The notes beneath the pieces were generated by a model. That model made no database searches. It saw nothing but the letters and a program-made list of their open reading frames with translations, and was not told where the DNA came from. Shown here piece by piece: positions 42,534 through 55,829 of a DNA stretch of 64,000 nucleotides; the first letter of the stretch is position 1, and the number at the start of each line of letters is the position of its first letter. Made by a program: the position numbers and the translations under genes. Source of the stretch: an uncultured Methanomassiliicoccales archaeon (GTDB lineage: Archaea > Thermoplasmatota > Thermoplasmata > Methanomassiliicoccales > UBA472); assembly GCA_963695345.1 (NCBI GenBank), contig OY968769.1, forward strand, positions 320,001 through 384,000. The letters are read 5' to 3'.

Positions 42534-45130
42534 CTAGTTCACAAAAGAAATGCCAGACTCCATTCCGGTCGGCGTGTATTCGTTCAATCGCAGACGCAGG
42601 TTCGCCTCGCGCTGCGGCTGGTAAAGGTCGTGGAACGCTCCCATCTCCGATTCGTCCTCCGCCCCTTCCCTTATCTCCAGGGGGCAATCCGTGGCAAGCT
42701 GGCAATAGCCCGGCATACCGTATCGGCTGCTCGTGAAATAGGGACGGACCCGCTCCCTGATATCCTCCTTCTGGAGGTCGCCCAGACCCGCCACGGAGGT
42801 CAGGGCGTCGGGAAGGCACCGGAATCGCCTGGGCGTCCTGGAGCCGTACGGTACGTAGCAGAAGCGCATGCAGCCCGCCTGCGTCCGGGCCACCGCCATC
42901 ATCCCGGTGAAGATGCTGTCCTGGGCGATCTTGATGCTGTGCGTCGATACCTTCCCCAGGACGGTACAGCGCTCGAACGACATGGTGGCGTGAGCGATCA
43001 GCCCATCCGGGGCGCTGACCGCCTCGAGATCGCTCCCGGTGGCATCGAGGATGCTGTCCTTGATCCGGACCCGGTTCGGCTCGGACCTGATGTCGTAGGC
43101 GGAAACGGTTATCGAGCCGACGATGCTCTTCTCGATCCGCAGCTGCGAACGGGTGTTCACCAGTTCTATGCTGGGCTCGTTCCCGTGCTCCGGGCAGCTC
43201 TCGCTGTCCAGGGACCACCCGGGGATCAGCGTGCAATGCCGAACGACCACCTCGCACAGGTCATCGACACCTTCCATCCCGCCGTCCGATCGATCGGGGC
43301 CGGTGACCCGGACGCCCCTTCCGGTGATGAGCAGCCCGTCCAGGACGATGCGGCTGCCCGCTCCCCCGGAGACGCTCACGGTGTCCGGACCGGTGGTCTG
43401 CCAGTTCAGCTGGCGTATGACCGGGCGCCTTTCATTCGCGGCGCGGAGATAAAGGCCCTGTCCCTGTTTCAGATCGATGGATAACGGTTCCACGTAGACC
43501 CCGCTGTCGGCGATCTCGATGACCGCGGACACCGGGGCATCCTTGTTCCATTCCGCCAGCGCGTCGTTGATCTTCCGGTATTCCTCTTTCTCCCCGACCC
43601 GGTACAACAGGAAGCTAGTGGTAACGAATTTTGGATACGCCGCTTCCAGGAGCAGGCGGTTGCGGCGGAAGATCCTGTCGCCCTTAGGTTTCTGGGCGAG
43701 AAGGCCCACTATCTCGCCAGAGGTGAGATCGATGTTCCTGAACCGTTCGGGATCATAGAGCTCCTCATCGTCGAGCATGGCGTTCAGGTCGCGGGCGAGC
43801 AATCCAGGTAGGGCGACGGAGGCGGTCACCGATAGCTGGGACCTCGTGTCGTCGGAAAGTCTCTCGAGGATGTAGGCCGAGACCGTATCTCCCAGGTCCG
43901 CGGCGGCCGCAAGTCGGGCCGCGAACTGATCGATGTCCTTCAGGTCTGTGGCTGCGTAATCTTTGAGATGGCGAGCAGGTCGGGGCCCGGGATCGGCCGG
44001 AGATACTCTCCGCCTCCCATATCCGCGGAGAAACCGTAATGATACCTGACGATGACGTTCGCCGGGTTCTTCTGAAGAGCTGGGAACTTGATCCGGCCCA
44101 GCAATGGATCCACCGCCACGTGGTTCTTCGGCACGTCATACGACCATTTGCTCAGGTCCGCGGCGATGATCTGCTCCGCCGGTACCAGGTCCAAGGACCC
44201 CTTGGACTTGTTCTTGATGCCCGACCAGCCGGCGACCCATATGGCCAAGCTCTTCTCCGGGCCATAGTAGACATCGGAGGCTTGGCCATACCGCCGGTCC
44301 GCTTCCTTGCCGTCCTTCTTTTCAAAGGCTCTTCTGCGGATCTGCACTGGAAGGTTGATTTCCTCGGCGATGTGCTTGGGATCGGTCTCCCGTTCCGGCA
44401 GGGTGAAGAGCGGAACGTCGTTGCCGAGGACGCTGAACGTGTAGTTGGAAGGTGCACCGCTCTTCTTTGCCCCGACCGTGTCGACATGGAACGCCGGGGT
44501 CGATGAGACCCGATACGGTCTCAGCCGACAGGCAAAAGCCCCCACGCTGGGGATGTTGTACCTTCCAGGCTTGCGGCTGGACGCTATCCTCCTCACATCA
44601 ATGGTGTGGGCCAGGGGATCGAAGGGCCCGTCGATCAGTTCGAGCCGGTCCACCGCCCTGAGATCCGCCGTCCGCCCCCGGTGCATGTGCCGATGGTTAA
44701 GCGATTGGGTCCAGCCCAGCAACCGGTAGAATTCTACGGCACGGGCGGGCCAGTCTGCCACATCCTCCGCCAGGAGCTCGAGGAGGGCGAGGGTTCCCTT
44801 GCGCCTCCGGTAGCGAATGGTGTTCGCCACGTCCCGCCTGGGCATCAGGATGCGGGTACGGTCCATATTCCGGGCCGACCCCTTCCTAGCCGGTTCGCCA
44901 GTACCATGGAGCGGGAGATGACCCAGAAGGTCACCGATATAGGGGACCGCCCAATCATCGCAGGTCTCGATGAACCAGTTGTCATAGAGCCGGGCGATGT
45001 CGTCATCAATGACGTCCGCCTGCTCTTCGATGATGCGGAGGAGGGCGCGCAGCTTGTATCCGTTCTCCGCATCGCGGATCCTGTAGATCGCCGGAAGCAG
45101 TTCGTACATCCTGTCCTTCATGAGTGTCAT
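42534..45130 (-). CDS. eCIS tail/baseplate wedge protein (P2 gpI-like N-terminus), frameshifted near 43830-43945
   Basis: MYELLPAIYRIRD, YDNWFIETCDDWAVPYIGDLLG, RRDVANTIRYRRRKGT; C-terminal piece GMPGYCQL...SEMGAFHDLYQPQREANL..RL.EYTP.G. Confidence 0.8.
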
Positions 45131-46959
45131 TCCTTCACCTCGTTGAGGACCAGCGTGTCCGGAACGTCCGGCTGGAGATATGCGAGCTGCGCGGGGAGTA
45201 TCGCCTTTACATAATGCGGGTCGTCCCGGTCGAAGCGGGCCAGGCTTACGCCGATCACGGAGCACCGGGGCACCCTCGTGACTTTTATGGGAAGGGGCGT
45301 CTTGGGACGGTCCGGTCTTTCCGGCCCGATCACGACCTTACCCGTTCCAGTCGCATCCGTATCCGTCCCGGATCCGGATGAGGAACGGTCCAGTGCCTTC
45401 AGCATCTCCAGCAGTTGGGACTGGGTCAGTCCTTTGAATGCCTCGATCTCGAGGTATTCAACCCCACGGACGCCCATGATCGCGCCGATGACCTCGCTCT
45501 TGTACACGCTCTGCCCCAGCTCGCGCCGGTCGAAGCTGAACGTATCGAGGAGCGCCGCCCGAATCCTCGGTTCCGTGGTGTCCCATGAGTATTCCGGCAG
45601 GAGCTTCACCCGGGCGGATATCAGGATCGCGATGCGCTCCCGCACCGCCACCGTGACCGGCTGGTTGGGATCCCCATAGGCACGCAGGGCGGTCTCCAGG
45701 TTCCGATAGAGGTCGGATGTCTCGTCGATCGGGATGTCACCCGCGCCGGCGATCGTGAGGTGGACCATCCCCCGGCTGCCGTCCGTGACCATGCGGGCAT
45801 CGGCCTTCCCGATGCCGGCGAACGTCCGGGCGTAGTCCGCATAATCCTTGACGGAGACCAAGCGGTCGAGGGCCGTGGTGACCAGCGGCGCATTGATGCG
45901 CGCCTGGTCCCGGTTCTCCCGGTCCGCCCCGCCCGATGCCCGGATGGGATTGATGACGCCCTTCACACCGAGCGGTTTCGTCGCGAGCAGGCTTATCTGT
46001 CCCGCCTTCACGTTACCGGTGGACCCAATCCCGGTGCGGTACACCGCCTTGACGTTCTCCGCGCCGGTGGGAAGGCGGCTTCCCTTCTGGCCGTTGCCGA
46101 AGGTAACCTTTGTCTTTCCTTCATCGTCGGTCGCCGTCACGTATGCCCTGTCCGTCCGGGTGAGCCCTTCCAGGGTGTCGGACTCGCGCCACAGGATGTC
46201 GTTCACCCGGACCTTGAGCGTCGACGAGGTCCCGCTGACGGTTGCCGCGGAGACGTGGGTCAGCGGGGATTGCTTGAGGGCGAACCCCTGCAGGGACCTG
46301 GCCGCGTCGCCGCTGCCTAGCACCTCCGCCCGGGTCTCGCCATGCGTCGCCTTCACGACGTTGGCGTTGATCGTGACGCTGTCCCGCCTGTAGGAATAGG
46401 CCAAGGGGTTCGCCAGCCTCAGGGTGGTATGGGCGGTATCTCCGGGGAGCTCCTGATCGACGTAGTGCTGTACCCCTGCGACCATGGCGAGCTCGCTTGC
46501 CATGACCCCGGTGGTGCCAACATCGGTCCTTTCACCGGAGACGATGATCCATCGGCCCGTCTGTATGCCATCATACAGCCCGTCCAGCTCGATGCTGCTG
46601 CCAAATATGTCCTCCAGCGTGCCCTCCGATTCGTTGAGGACCGGTCGTTCCGACAATTCCAGCTCTTCGCTCTGGGCCAGAACGGCCGTCTTCCGGATGG
46701 TCTCCATCGTGATACCGGTCCCGGCATCGAACCAGTCCCCGTCGAGCCTCAGGCGGGTGGTCTTTGCGCTGATGCCGTACGCCGTCCTCGGGACGAACTC
46801 GACATCGAGGACTCCGAACGCCGATGATTCCCGGATGTCCTGTCCAGGTTTCTGGACGATGACAAAGCCCCCCGGCTGTATCTTCTCGTAGCTAGCGTCG
46901 AGAGAGAGCTCGTCGGCCTTTTCCTCAGGGGTCCAATCGTTAACTATTACGGTTGCCAT
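45127..46959 (-). CDS. Baseplate J-like protein 2 (Afp11/12-like), C-terminal part
   Basis: NANVVKATHGETR.EVLGSGD, FGNGQKGSRLPTG.ENV.A.YRTG.G..GNV, ASGGAD.E, DRLVSVKDYADYARTFAGIGKA. Confidence 0.85.
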   Translation of the reverse strand: MATVIVNDWTPEEKADELSLDASYEKIQPGGFVIVQKPGQDIRESSAFGVLDVEFVPRTAYGISAKTTRLRLDGDWFDAGTGITMETIRKTAVLAQSEELELSERPVLNESEGTLEDIFGSSIELDGLYDGIQTGRWIIVSGERTDVGTTGVMASELAMVAGVQHYVDQELPGDTAHTTLRLANPLAYSYRRDSVTINANVVKATHGETRAEVLGSGDAARSLQGFALKQSPLTHVSAATVSGTSSTLKVRVNDILWRESDTLEGLTRTDRAYVTATDDEGKTKVTFGNGQKGSRLPTGAENVKAVYRTGIGSTGNVKAGQISLLATKPLGVKGVINPIRASGGADRENRDQARINAPLVTTALDRLVSVKDYADYARTFAGIGKADARMVTDGSRGMVHLTIAGAGDIPIDETSDLYRNLETALRAYGDPNQPVTVAVRERIAILISARVKLLPEYSWDTTEPRIRAALLDTFSFDRRELGQSVYKSEVIGAIMGVRGVEYLEIEAFKGLTQSQLLEMLKALDRSSSGSGTDTDATGTGKVVIGPERPDRPKTPLPIKVTRVPRCSVIGVSLARFDRDDPHYVKAILPAQLAYLQPDVPDTLVLNEVKE

Positions 46960-46972
46960 TGTCTTTTCTCCC

Positions 46973-48297
46973 TCAGTTGATGATTATCGGCGGCGTCTCG
47001 ACGCCGATGGTCCATCTCGATGTGCTCGCCCCGAGGGCGTTGGAAACGGTCAGGGTCACCGTGAACGTGCCCGTCGAAGTGAACCTGTGTGTCGGATTCT
47101 GAAGCTCGGAAGGGCTTTTGCCATCACCGAAATCCCAGTGCCAGGACGTGGGGGCCCCGGTCGATGTGTCGGTGAACTCCACATCCGTGGAGGTGTTTAT
47201 CCCGGTGGTCGGGTCGATGGTGAACCGGGCAACGGGAGGTTTCCCGAGGGAGTTGTACCCAAAGAGGGAGGCCTTCTGGCGCATGACGAAGATACCCTTC
47301 AGCTGCCGGGTCTTGCCCGACCCCACGCTCGCGAAGGCCTTGTAGAGGGAGGCCGCGGGCACCGGGTCCAGATAGGCGATCGTCTGCGGAATGACGTCCG
47401 ATCCCTCGGATACCGCCTCCTTGATGTTCCGGTCCAATGCCTTGCCTCCCGCAGGCTGAAGGGCCGGAGGCACAGAGAGCCGCGCGAAGACGTCGGCCAT
47501 CGTCAATGGTGACTTGGTGAGCGAGTTAGATACCGCTTTGTCCGCGGCCAGGAACCGCGCCCCGGATTTGTCCGCCTCGGTGGTGAGGAGCACCTCGGTC
47601 CTGTCCTCCTTGCCCTGGATGTTAACTTCCCGAATCACCCGCACGACCCGTTCCTCTGACCTATTGCCAAAGACCAGGAGCAGAACGTCTCCGGCCCTGA
47701 GGTTGTTGGCGGTGCCTTTCAGGAACAACCGGTCATAGGACAGACCGCCCTCCTCCGTCCAAGTGATGTTCTGCGGTCTGGTCATCCTCGGACGGATCGC
47801 GTTCCATTCGGACCGGGCCTTGAGGGGTTCCGAGGTCTCGAACGATTGGGGGACCTCCCCGGGCGCCGGCAGGCTTTGAACCCTCTGGCCGGTGGCGATC
47901 TCGGTCCTATATCCTTTCTCCATGGTATAGGCCAGGTAAACGCTGGAGGCGACCCCGGGCTTCAGGGCATATCCTACCAGCCCGGCCAGCTCCAGGACCG
48001 AGAGACGTTCGGTCGCGGTCCGGAGGTACCCCTCGTTCGCGATCCGTTCCTGGTAGAACGTCAGGACATCGGCGACCAGGGCCCAACCGTCCAGAATGGC
48101 GATCGATGGGTCGGAGGGATCCCGGGTCGTGAGGCCGGCAAGCTCGGCATATTCGGCCGCGGACAGCCGCGCGATCATCGAGGCGAGGAACAAGGAATGG
48201 GTGCCGGCGCGATATCGCAGGAAGTTCTGGCCCGGCGGGTTGTCGATATCCATCGGGGTCAGCGCGGACAGGCCTCTACAGCATCCACACGGCAGTC

Positions 48298-48301
<4 letters not shown>
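46973..48301 (-). CDS. Baseplate J-like protein 2, N-terminal part, ending in a PKD domain
   Basis: NPPGQ..L.YRAGTH..F, LTTRD..DPSIA.LD.WA.VADVLTFYQERIANEGYLRTATE; PKD motif FTDTSTGAPTSWHWDFGDG...QNPTH.F...GTFTVTLTVSN. Confidence 0.85.
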
Positions 48302-50912
<2,611 letters not shown>

Positions 50913-50916
<4 letters not shown>

Positions 50917-51275
50917 GGACACCTCCGGGAGAACGTTTCGGTCCTTTGTTCACCGGTGCTCCGAATGCTGTACCGGATCGTGACCCTGATCTCCGCGTCG
51001 ACGCTCTCCACATCCAGCGCCTGCACCTCTATGAGGTCTCCCAGATACCGGAGCAGGCCAGCATTGATGGTGTACTTCAGGGCGGTGGCGAGCTCTGAGC
51101 TGTTGGGGGCGAACACCATTTGTATGAGCCCGCTGCCGAAGTCCGGCCGGTTGACCCGCTCGCCCGGGCTGGTGAATATGAACTGCTCGATCAGGTCACG
51201 AATATGGTCTTCCTGACCTGCGGTGGCGGTCCGGCCCTTGTGGTCCATATGGTAGGGGAAATCGATGTCGGTCAT
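50913..51275 (-). CDS. GPW/gp25-family baseplate protein (Afp9-like)
   Basis: MTDIDFPY...HIRDLIEQFIFTSPGERVNRPDFGSGL. Confidence 0.9.
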
Positions 51276-51592
51276 GTCCCTTTCACCCGCGTCTGCGTCA
51301 CCATGATGTTGAGCGGCGTCCCGTTCGGGGCGCATATCGATTGGCTGTCCTGCATGAGCACCGGCATGCCTCCTGCCTTTACCCGCGTCGCGGCCGTGAT
51401 CCATGTCGCCGTTACGCAGGGAGAGGGGGCCGATGCCACGTTGAAGGGGCAGCCGGAGATCGTGAACATGCAATCCTGGGTAACCACCATCTGACCGGAC
51501 ACCTTCACCCGGGGATTCGGCACCGCCGGCATTGCCTGCCCGGCGTGCGTGCACATCACCGTCGCGCCCTGGTGGAGCAGGTAGCCAGGCAT
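51272..51592 (-). CDS. PAAR-like/DUF4280-type spike tip protein (Afp10-like)
   Basis: LLHQGATVMCTHAG...ISGCPF...PCVTATW...RVKAGGMPVL...C; sits directly after the gp5-like gene. Confidence 0.75.
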   Translation of the reverse strand: MPGYLLHQGATVMCTHAGQAMPAVPNPRVKVSGQMVVTQDCMFTISGCPFNVASAPSPCVTATWITAATRVKAGGMPVLMQDSQSICAPNGTPLNIMVTQTRVKGT

Positions 51593-52080
51593 CAGATCAC
51601 CTCGAGGGCGGAGTCATTGATCGTCACCTTCGGGCCGGTCAGTTTGACCGTTCCTCCCTGGCCGTCGTTGATCTCGATGCCGGACGTGGTGATCGCGATC
51701 TTCATACCGGTCGTGGTCTCGATCGTGATCCCTCCGGCCCCTGGCGTGTCGTCGAGGGTGATCGTGCCAGCATCGGTCTTGAGCATTTTCTTCTCGGGCA
51801 CCGCGGGGTCTGCGGGGAGCTCGCCCTGGGCCCAGAAACACCCGGTCCAGATAGGATAGTCCGGGTCGCCGTGCTCGAACTCGATCCACACCGAGGCGTC
51901 CACCGGCGGCAGCAGGAATAGGCCGACCCCGCTGCCGGCATAGGGAGTGCAGGGGAGCGCCCAGCCGCTGTCGTTGCTGCCCAGCACATCCTGCACCCTG
52001 GCCTTGATACGGCCTTGCATCAGCGGATCGCGATTGTCGCTCACGATGCCCCGGTATTTTCCAAAGAACCTCTCAGCCAT
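51592..52080 (-). CDS. Baseplate assembly protein V / gp5 OB-fold spike (C-terminal half of a VgrG-like spike)
   Basis: FFGKYRGIVSDNRDPLMQGRIKARVQDVLG, WALPCTPYAG, VWIEFEHGDPDYPIWTG, short beta-strand repeats. Confidence 0.88.
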   Translation of the reverse strand: MAERFFGKYRGIVSDNRDPLMQGRIKARVQDVLGSNDSGWALPCTPYAGSGVGLFLLPPVDASVWIEFEHGDPDYPIWTGCFWAQGELPADPAVPEKKMLKTDAGTITLDDTPGAGGITIETTTGMKIAITTSGIEINDGQGGTVKLTGPKVTINDSALEVI

Positions 52081-52088
52081 TCCATCAC

Positions 52089-53186
52089 CTAGATAGTGGA
52101 CCCGAGTCCCTCCCTGACGAGGGTGAAGCTCTGCTTGTACTCCCCCCGTTTGATCTTGTGCGTGACCTGCCTCACATAGTATGTCCCGTTGAAAGTGCTG
52201 CCCGAACCTCGGACCGTGACCAGCCGCCTTGAGCGGAGGACCCGCCCGTACCTCATCGCGTCCACTTCGCCCTCCGTTCCCACGGACTCGGAGGACCCTC
52301 CCTGACCGGTGAGACCCCGGAGCAGTGCCTGGATCATGCTCAGGTTGGCCGTGTCCCGGGGGATGGTCTTGCGCATGGCCGGCGTCGGCCGGCTGGAAAG
52401 GGAGGGCAGGATGCTTGTCGGCATTGGGATCGGGATCGCGATCTTGGTGGTCGGTTCCATGATCGTGATCTGCGGCTCCTCGGCCCGGTCCGCATCGAAC
52501 TCGAACGACAGCGGAGAATCAAGGTTCGAGTCCGGTCCGATGTTGATGGTCAGGGGAGACTGGGGAACGCCGGTCCGGTTCTCCGCCCCCCAGTATGCGG
52601 TGCTGACGCCGGGGGCTGTCGGTTCGACGTAGAAGACAAACCCGTTCCTTGCCGCCAGCTGCCTGATGAACGCAAGATCGGTTCCCTGCTGGGTCGGGAC
52701 CCGGTCGGTCTCGACCGGACTGTCAGTGGTCTGGGTCAGAGTTGGGACGAGACCATACTGGCCGTACCGGGAAAGGATCATCGCCACGATGGTCGAGTCC
52801 GACTGGTTGCGGTAGGTCTCGCTCCGCTCCTCCAGGCCCAGGAGGTAGCTGATGTCTTTGCCGTACACCTGCAGGGTGGATTCGCCGGGTTTGTTGCTGG
52901 GCATCATCCGGTGCCGGGTGATCACCCCGTCGATCAGCACCTCTGGCGCTCCGTTGATGATAACGGTGATGATGACCCGGTTCGGAGGGGCGAGGTACCC
53001 GTCCCGGAGGAGGCCATAGTCCGTGACGGAATCCCGGCCGAGGTGAAAGGAGAGCCCGAAGGCATCGAAGTCCCGGTCATTGTTCTGGACCTCGATGCCC
53101 GCAAGCGCCTCCATGATAGGGCCCGGCGCTGGCAGCGGCACGGTCGGCCCGACCATGAGCTGCAGACGGGCTCCCAGGTCCACCAT
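52089..53186 (-). CDS. gp27-like / late control D hub protein (N-terminal half of a VgrG-like spike)
   Basis: VLIDGVIT, QQGTDLAFIRQLAARNGFVFYVEP, GEVDAMRYGRVL..RRLV.VRG.G..FNG.YYV..VTH; consistent position in the operon. Confidence 0.8.
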   Translation of the reverse strand: MVDLGARLQLMVGPTVPLPAPGPIMEALAGIEVQNNDRDFDAFGLSFHLGRDSVTDYGLLRDGYLAPPNRVIITVIINGAPEVLIDGVITRHRMMPSNKPGESTLQVYGKDISYLLGLEERSETYRNQSDSTIVAMILSRYGQYGLVPTLTQTTDSPVETDRVPTQQGTDLAFIRQLAARNGFVFYVEPTAPGVSTAYWGAENRTGVPQSPLTINIGPDSNLDSPLSFEFDADRAEEPQITIMEPTTKIAIPIPMPTSILPSLSSRPTPAMRKTIPRDTANLSMIQALLRGLTGQGGSSESVGTEGEVDAMRYGRVLRSRRLVTVRGSGSTFNGTYYVRQVTHKIKRGEYKQSFTLVREGLGSTI

Positions 53187-53189
53187 CGT

Positions 53190-53483
53190 TCAGCTCCTGG
53201 TGACCAGCGGTATCCGTATCCGTTTGCCGGCCGTCCGGGTGAGGTCCTCCGGGCGGATGGTTTGATTCGCATCGCAGAGCCGCCAGAACAGCTCAGGATC
53301 TCCAAGGTGGTTCGCCGAGATGATGTCGGGGCGTTCCCCCTGGGAGACGGTATGCAGCGTCAGAACCGGGTCCTGGCTGGTGTCTGGAACAAAGCGTCTC
53401 CTGAAATACCATATCTCCTCCCCATTTGGAGTGTTGAGGATGAGGGTCCCCGTCTTGTAGTATCTGCTGGTCTGCGAAACCAT
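53190..53483 (-). CDS. Small LysM-like baseplate protein (Afp7 C-terminal / gpX-like)
   Basis: SRYY...HTVSQGERPDIISANHLGDPELFWRLCDAN...G.RIRIP. Confidence 0.8.
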   Translation of the reverse strand: MVSQTSRYYKTGTLILNTPNGEEIWYFRRRFVPDTSQDPVLTLHTVSQGERPDIISANHLGDPELFWRLCDANQTIRPEDLTRTAGKRIRIPLVTRS

Positions 53484-53495
53484 GTGATTCATCTC

Positions 53496-54146
53496 TCAAA
53501 GATTCAACGAAGCGCCGGTATTCTGGATGCTTCCCGACGTGTTCATGGTGGCCATCACTTCCTTTGCGATCTGATAGGCCATGAAGAGGTTGTAGCCGGG
53601 ATTGGTCACCTTCAGGTCGGAGTAGCTGAGCACGTAGAGGGTGAGCTCCACCTTGGCCCGGATCGGGTTCAGAGCCGTATCGAACGCTTCCTCGGTGATG
53701 CTGAAACTGGTGATCCGGACCGGCAGAACCCGGCTCGGTCCCCAAACAAAGAGCGTCATGGGCGCCTCGGGCGGAATGATCTCGATGTTGCCGATCTGTG
53801 CCAGGGCGGCGTTGGTCAGGACGGTGGCGCTCTTCGGATACAGGAGCATCTCCAGCGCTGCCAGCGGCGGGTTCACCCCGGAAGCCACGGTCACCGGGTT
53901 GGCAGTTTCCAGCTGGTCGGCGGCGTCGACCTCGATCGATACCGTTATGGTCTCCTTCGGCGGGCCGGTGAGCCTGAGGGCTTCTGATTTGTCCCCTTCC
54001 GTTCCGCCCATGGTCCGCGGTTCAAGCCTGCGGGTCAGCGTGTCAGGGTTGTACTGGAAAACGACAATGCTGGCTAGCGGGTTCGCTAGATCGAGACCGA
54101 TGATTGCCCCCTTCAGAAGTCGCGGGGATCCAGGAAACGTGGTCAT
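53496..54146 (-). CDS. CIS tube initiator-like protein (Afp7 N-terminal-like)
   Basis: SPRLLKGAI, VVFQYNPDTLTR, LFVWGPSRVLPVRITSFSITEEAFD..LNPIRAKV. Confidence 0.78.
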   Translation of the reverse strand: MTTFPGSPRLLKGAIIGLDLANPLASIVVFQYNPDTLTRRLEPRTMGGTEGDKSEALRLTGPPKETITVSIEVDAADQLETANPVTVASGVNPPLAALEMLLYPKSATVLTNAALAQIGNIEIIPPEAPMTLFVWGPSRVLPVRITSFSITEEAFDTALNPIRAKVELTLYVLSYSDLKVTNPGYNLFMAYQIAKEVMATMNTSGSIQNTGASLNL

Positions 54147-54283
54147 AGAGTGCTACCTACCTTGATGCTTGGTTCGGGCAACGATCGCCTTGTTCGCAGC
54201 GGTCCAATGACCGCGCCATGAGCGCCATCCAGCCGGAGTTGGAGACCATACGGAATGAATCGAATGGTCGACCTCGGACCGTT

Positions 54284-55822
54284 TCACCATCTAATCCGGA
54301 GATAATCGTCTCCTAGCCGGGCATTGCCATGGCATATGTCGATGGCGCGCAGATTGAACCGCCAGACCCCGGCAAAACGGCCGTGGCCAGGGAAATCACG
54401 GCCGCGGTACTGGTGGCCGAACCCCTGGTTGCGGACGTTGGTGTTATCGATGTACTGGTCCCCGACCATGGGGGCAGAGAACTGACCGGTGCGATGGCCG
54501 TACCGGGTGTCAGCCTGGTCCCGGTCCTCGGTCCATGTTTCTGCCGCCGCCCCCGCCGGTACACCGGTACGCGGCGGCCCGCCAGGCGCTGCGGCGGCGA
54601 ACGCTGCGTCCCACCAGAAGTACTGGCGGATCTCCCCGCAGGACGCATAGATTCCGTTTTCTGGGTCGTCCTCAAAATCCGCCTCCAGACGGAAGCCCGC
54701 CTGTTCTCTCCCTCCGACGACCGGGGGTGGATTGAGGGCCGTCGTGGCATGGTATGCGGGACCGCTCGCCAGCTGGGCGCGTCCCACGTTCTCGGCACCG
54801 ATCTCTCGGAACAGCGGGCGGGCCGTCGCCGGGCCGAGCTTGCCGTCCTGCCTCGTGCCGGTCAGCCCCTGCATGGCCTGCCACCTCACCACCGCCTGGA
54901 CGAAATCCTCATCAACGACCGCCGGCTCCGCGCTTGTGCCGAGCACGTCGCGTATCATACCGATCCCTGTCGGGCCGATCACCGAGACCACCCGTCGGTT
55001 GAAGGTGATCGCCTGCTGGACCTGGGCGTCGGTAAGAACCCGGGCCACTGCACGCGGTCGTGGTGGCTCGATCGCCAGATCCCGCTGGATGACCCCTGCA
55101 CCATGGAACAGAGAGGCTGACCCGTTCTCCTTGCTTCTGGTCAGAGCCTCCTCGTCCTCGCCTGGATTGACAGCTTTTGCTGTTTCCCGCGACCTTCTGA
55201 TAGACCCACCAGATTGCTGGACCACATGGGCCAGTTCATGAGCGATCAGACGCTTGCCCTCGTTCGAACCGGGCGCGAACCGCCCCGCACCGAAAACGAT
55301 GTCCCGGCCGACGGTGAATGCGTTGGCACGGATCGCTTCTGACGACCTTGCTGCCAGTGTACCGGTGTGGACCCGGACGCCGCTGAAGTCCTGCTGTGTT
55401 CGTCCGGGTGATAAGGCGGGGCCGTTCATCAGGTCATGAGCTGCCCGGTCAGCCTCATGCTCCGCCGCGTCATGCGGGTCGCCGAGCGTCAGGTCGCCCG
55501 ACGGGGAAGCGGCTGGCATCCGCGAAGGAACCATGGCGAAATCGTGCCCGAAACGCGATTCCATGAACGATAGGGTCTCCGGGTCCAGGGGCCTGCCCGG
55601 TTCGCGCAAAGCCTCGCGCACGACCGGCGGGACATCTTCAGGACCTGCCTTTCCCCCAGAACGCTGCAAGGCCCCTCTATTCTTCTCCTTCTCCCTCCTA
55701 GGGCATTTGCTGCACGTGCGTTGGAGGGCCGTTCCGGTATGGGTTGGCCCTTGCACCTTTGCTCGATCTCCGAATACCATATGTTCGCTCATTGCCCAAT
55801 CCCTCACTTGGGTCCGGGCCAT
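54284..55822 (-). CDS. DUF4157 (eCIS core domain, HExxH) protein with a peptidoglycan-binding-like domain and unknown C-terminus; candidate cargo
   Basis: LQRTCSKC, GRPLD...MESRFGHDF, DFSGVRVHT, AFTVGRDIVFGAG, LIAHELAHVVQQ, IQR, then VQAVVRWQAMQGL...DGKLGPAT. Confidence 0.85.
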   Translation of the reverse strand: MARTQVRDWAMSEHMVFGDRAKVQGPTHTGTALQRTCSKCPRREKEKNRGALQRSGGKAGPEDVPPVVREALREPGRPLDPETLSFMESRFGHDFAMVPSRMPAASPSGDLTLGDPHDAAEHEADRAAHDLMNGPALSPGRTQQDFSGVRVHTGTLAARSSEAIRANAFTVGRDIVFGAGRFAPGSNEGKRLIAHELAHVVQQSGGSIRRSRETAKAVNPGEDEEALTRSKENGSASLFHGAGVIQRDLAIEPPRPRAVARVLTDAQVQQAITFNRRVVSVIGPTGIGMIRDVLGTSAEPAVVDEDFVQAVVRWQAMQGLTGTRQDGKLGPATARPLFREIGAENVGRAQLASGPAYHATTALNPPPVVGGREQAGFRLEADFEDDPENGIYASCGEIRQYFWWDAAFAAAAPGGPPRTGVPAGAAAETWTEDRDQADTRYGHRTGQFSAPMVGDQYIDNTNVRNQGFGHQYRGRDFPGHGRFAGVWRFNLRAIDICHGNARLGDDYLRIRW

Positions 55823-55829
55823 CTGCCCT

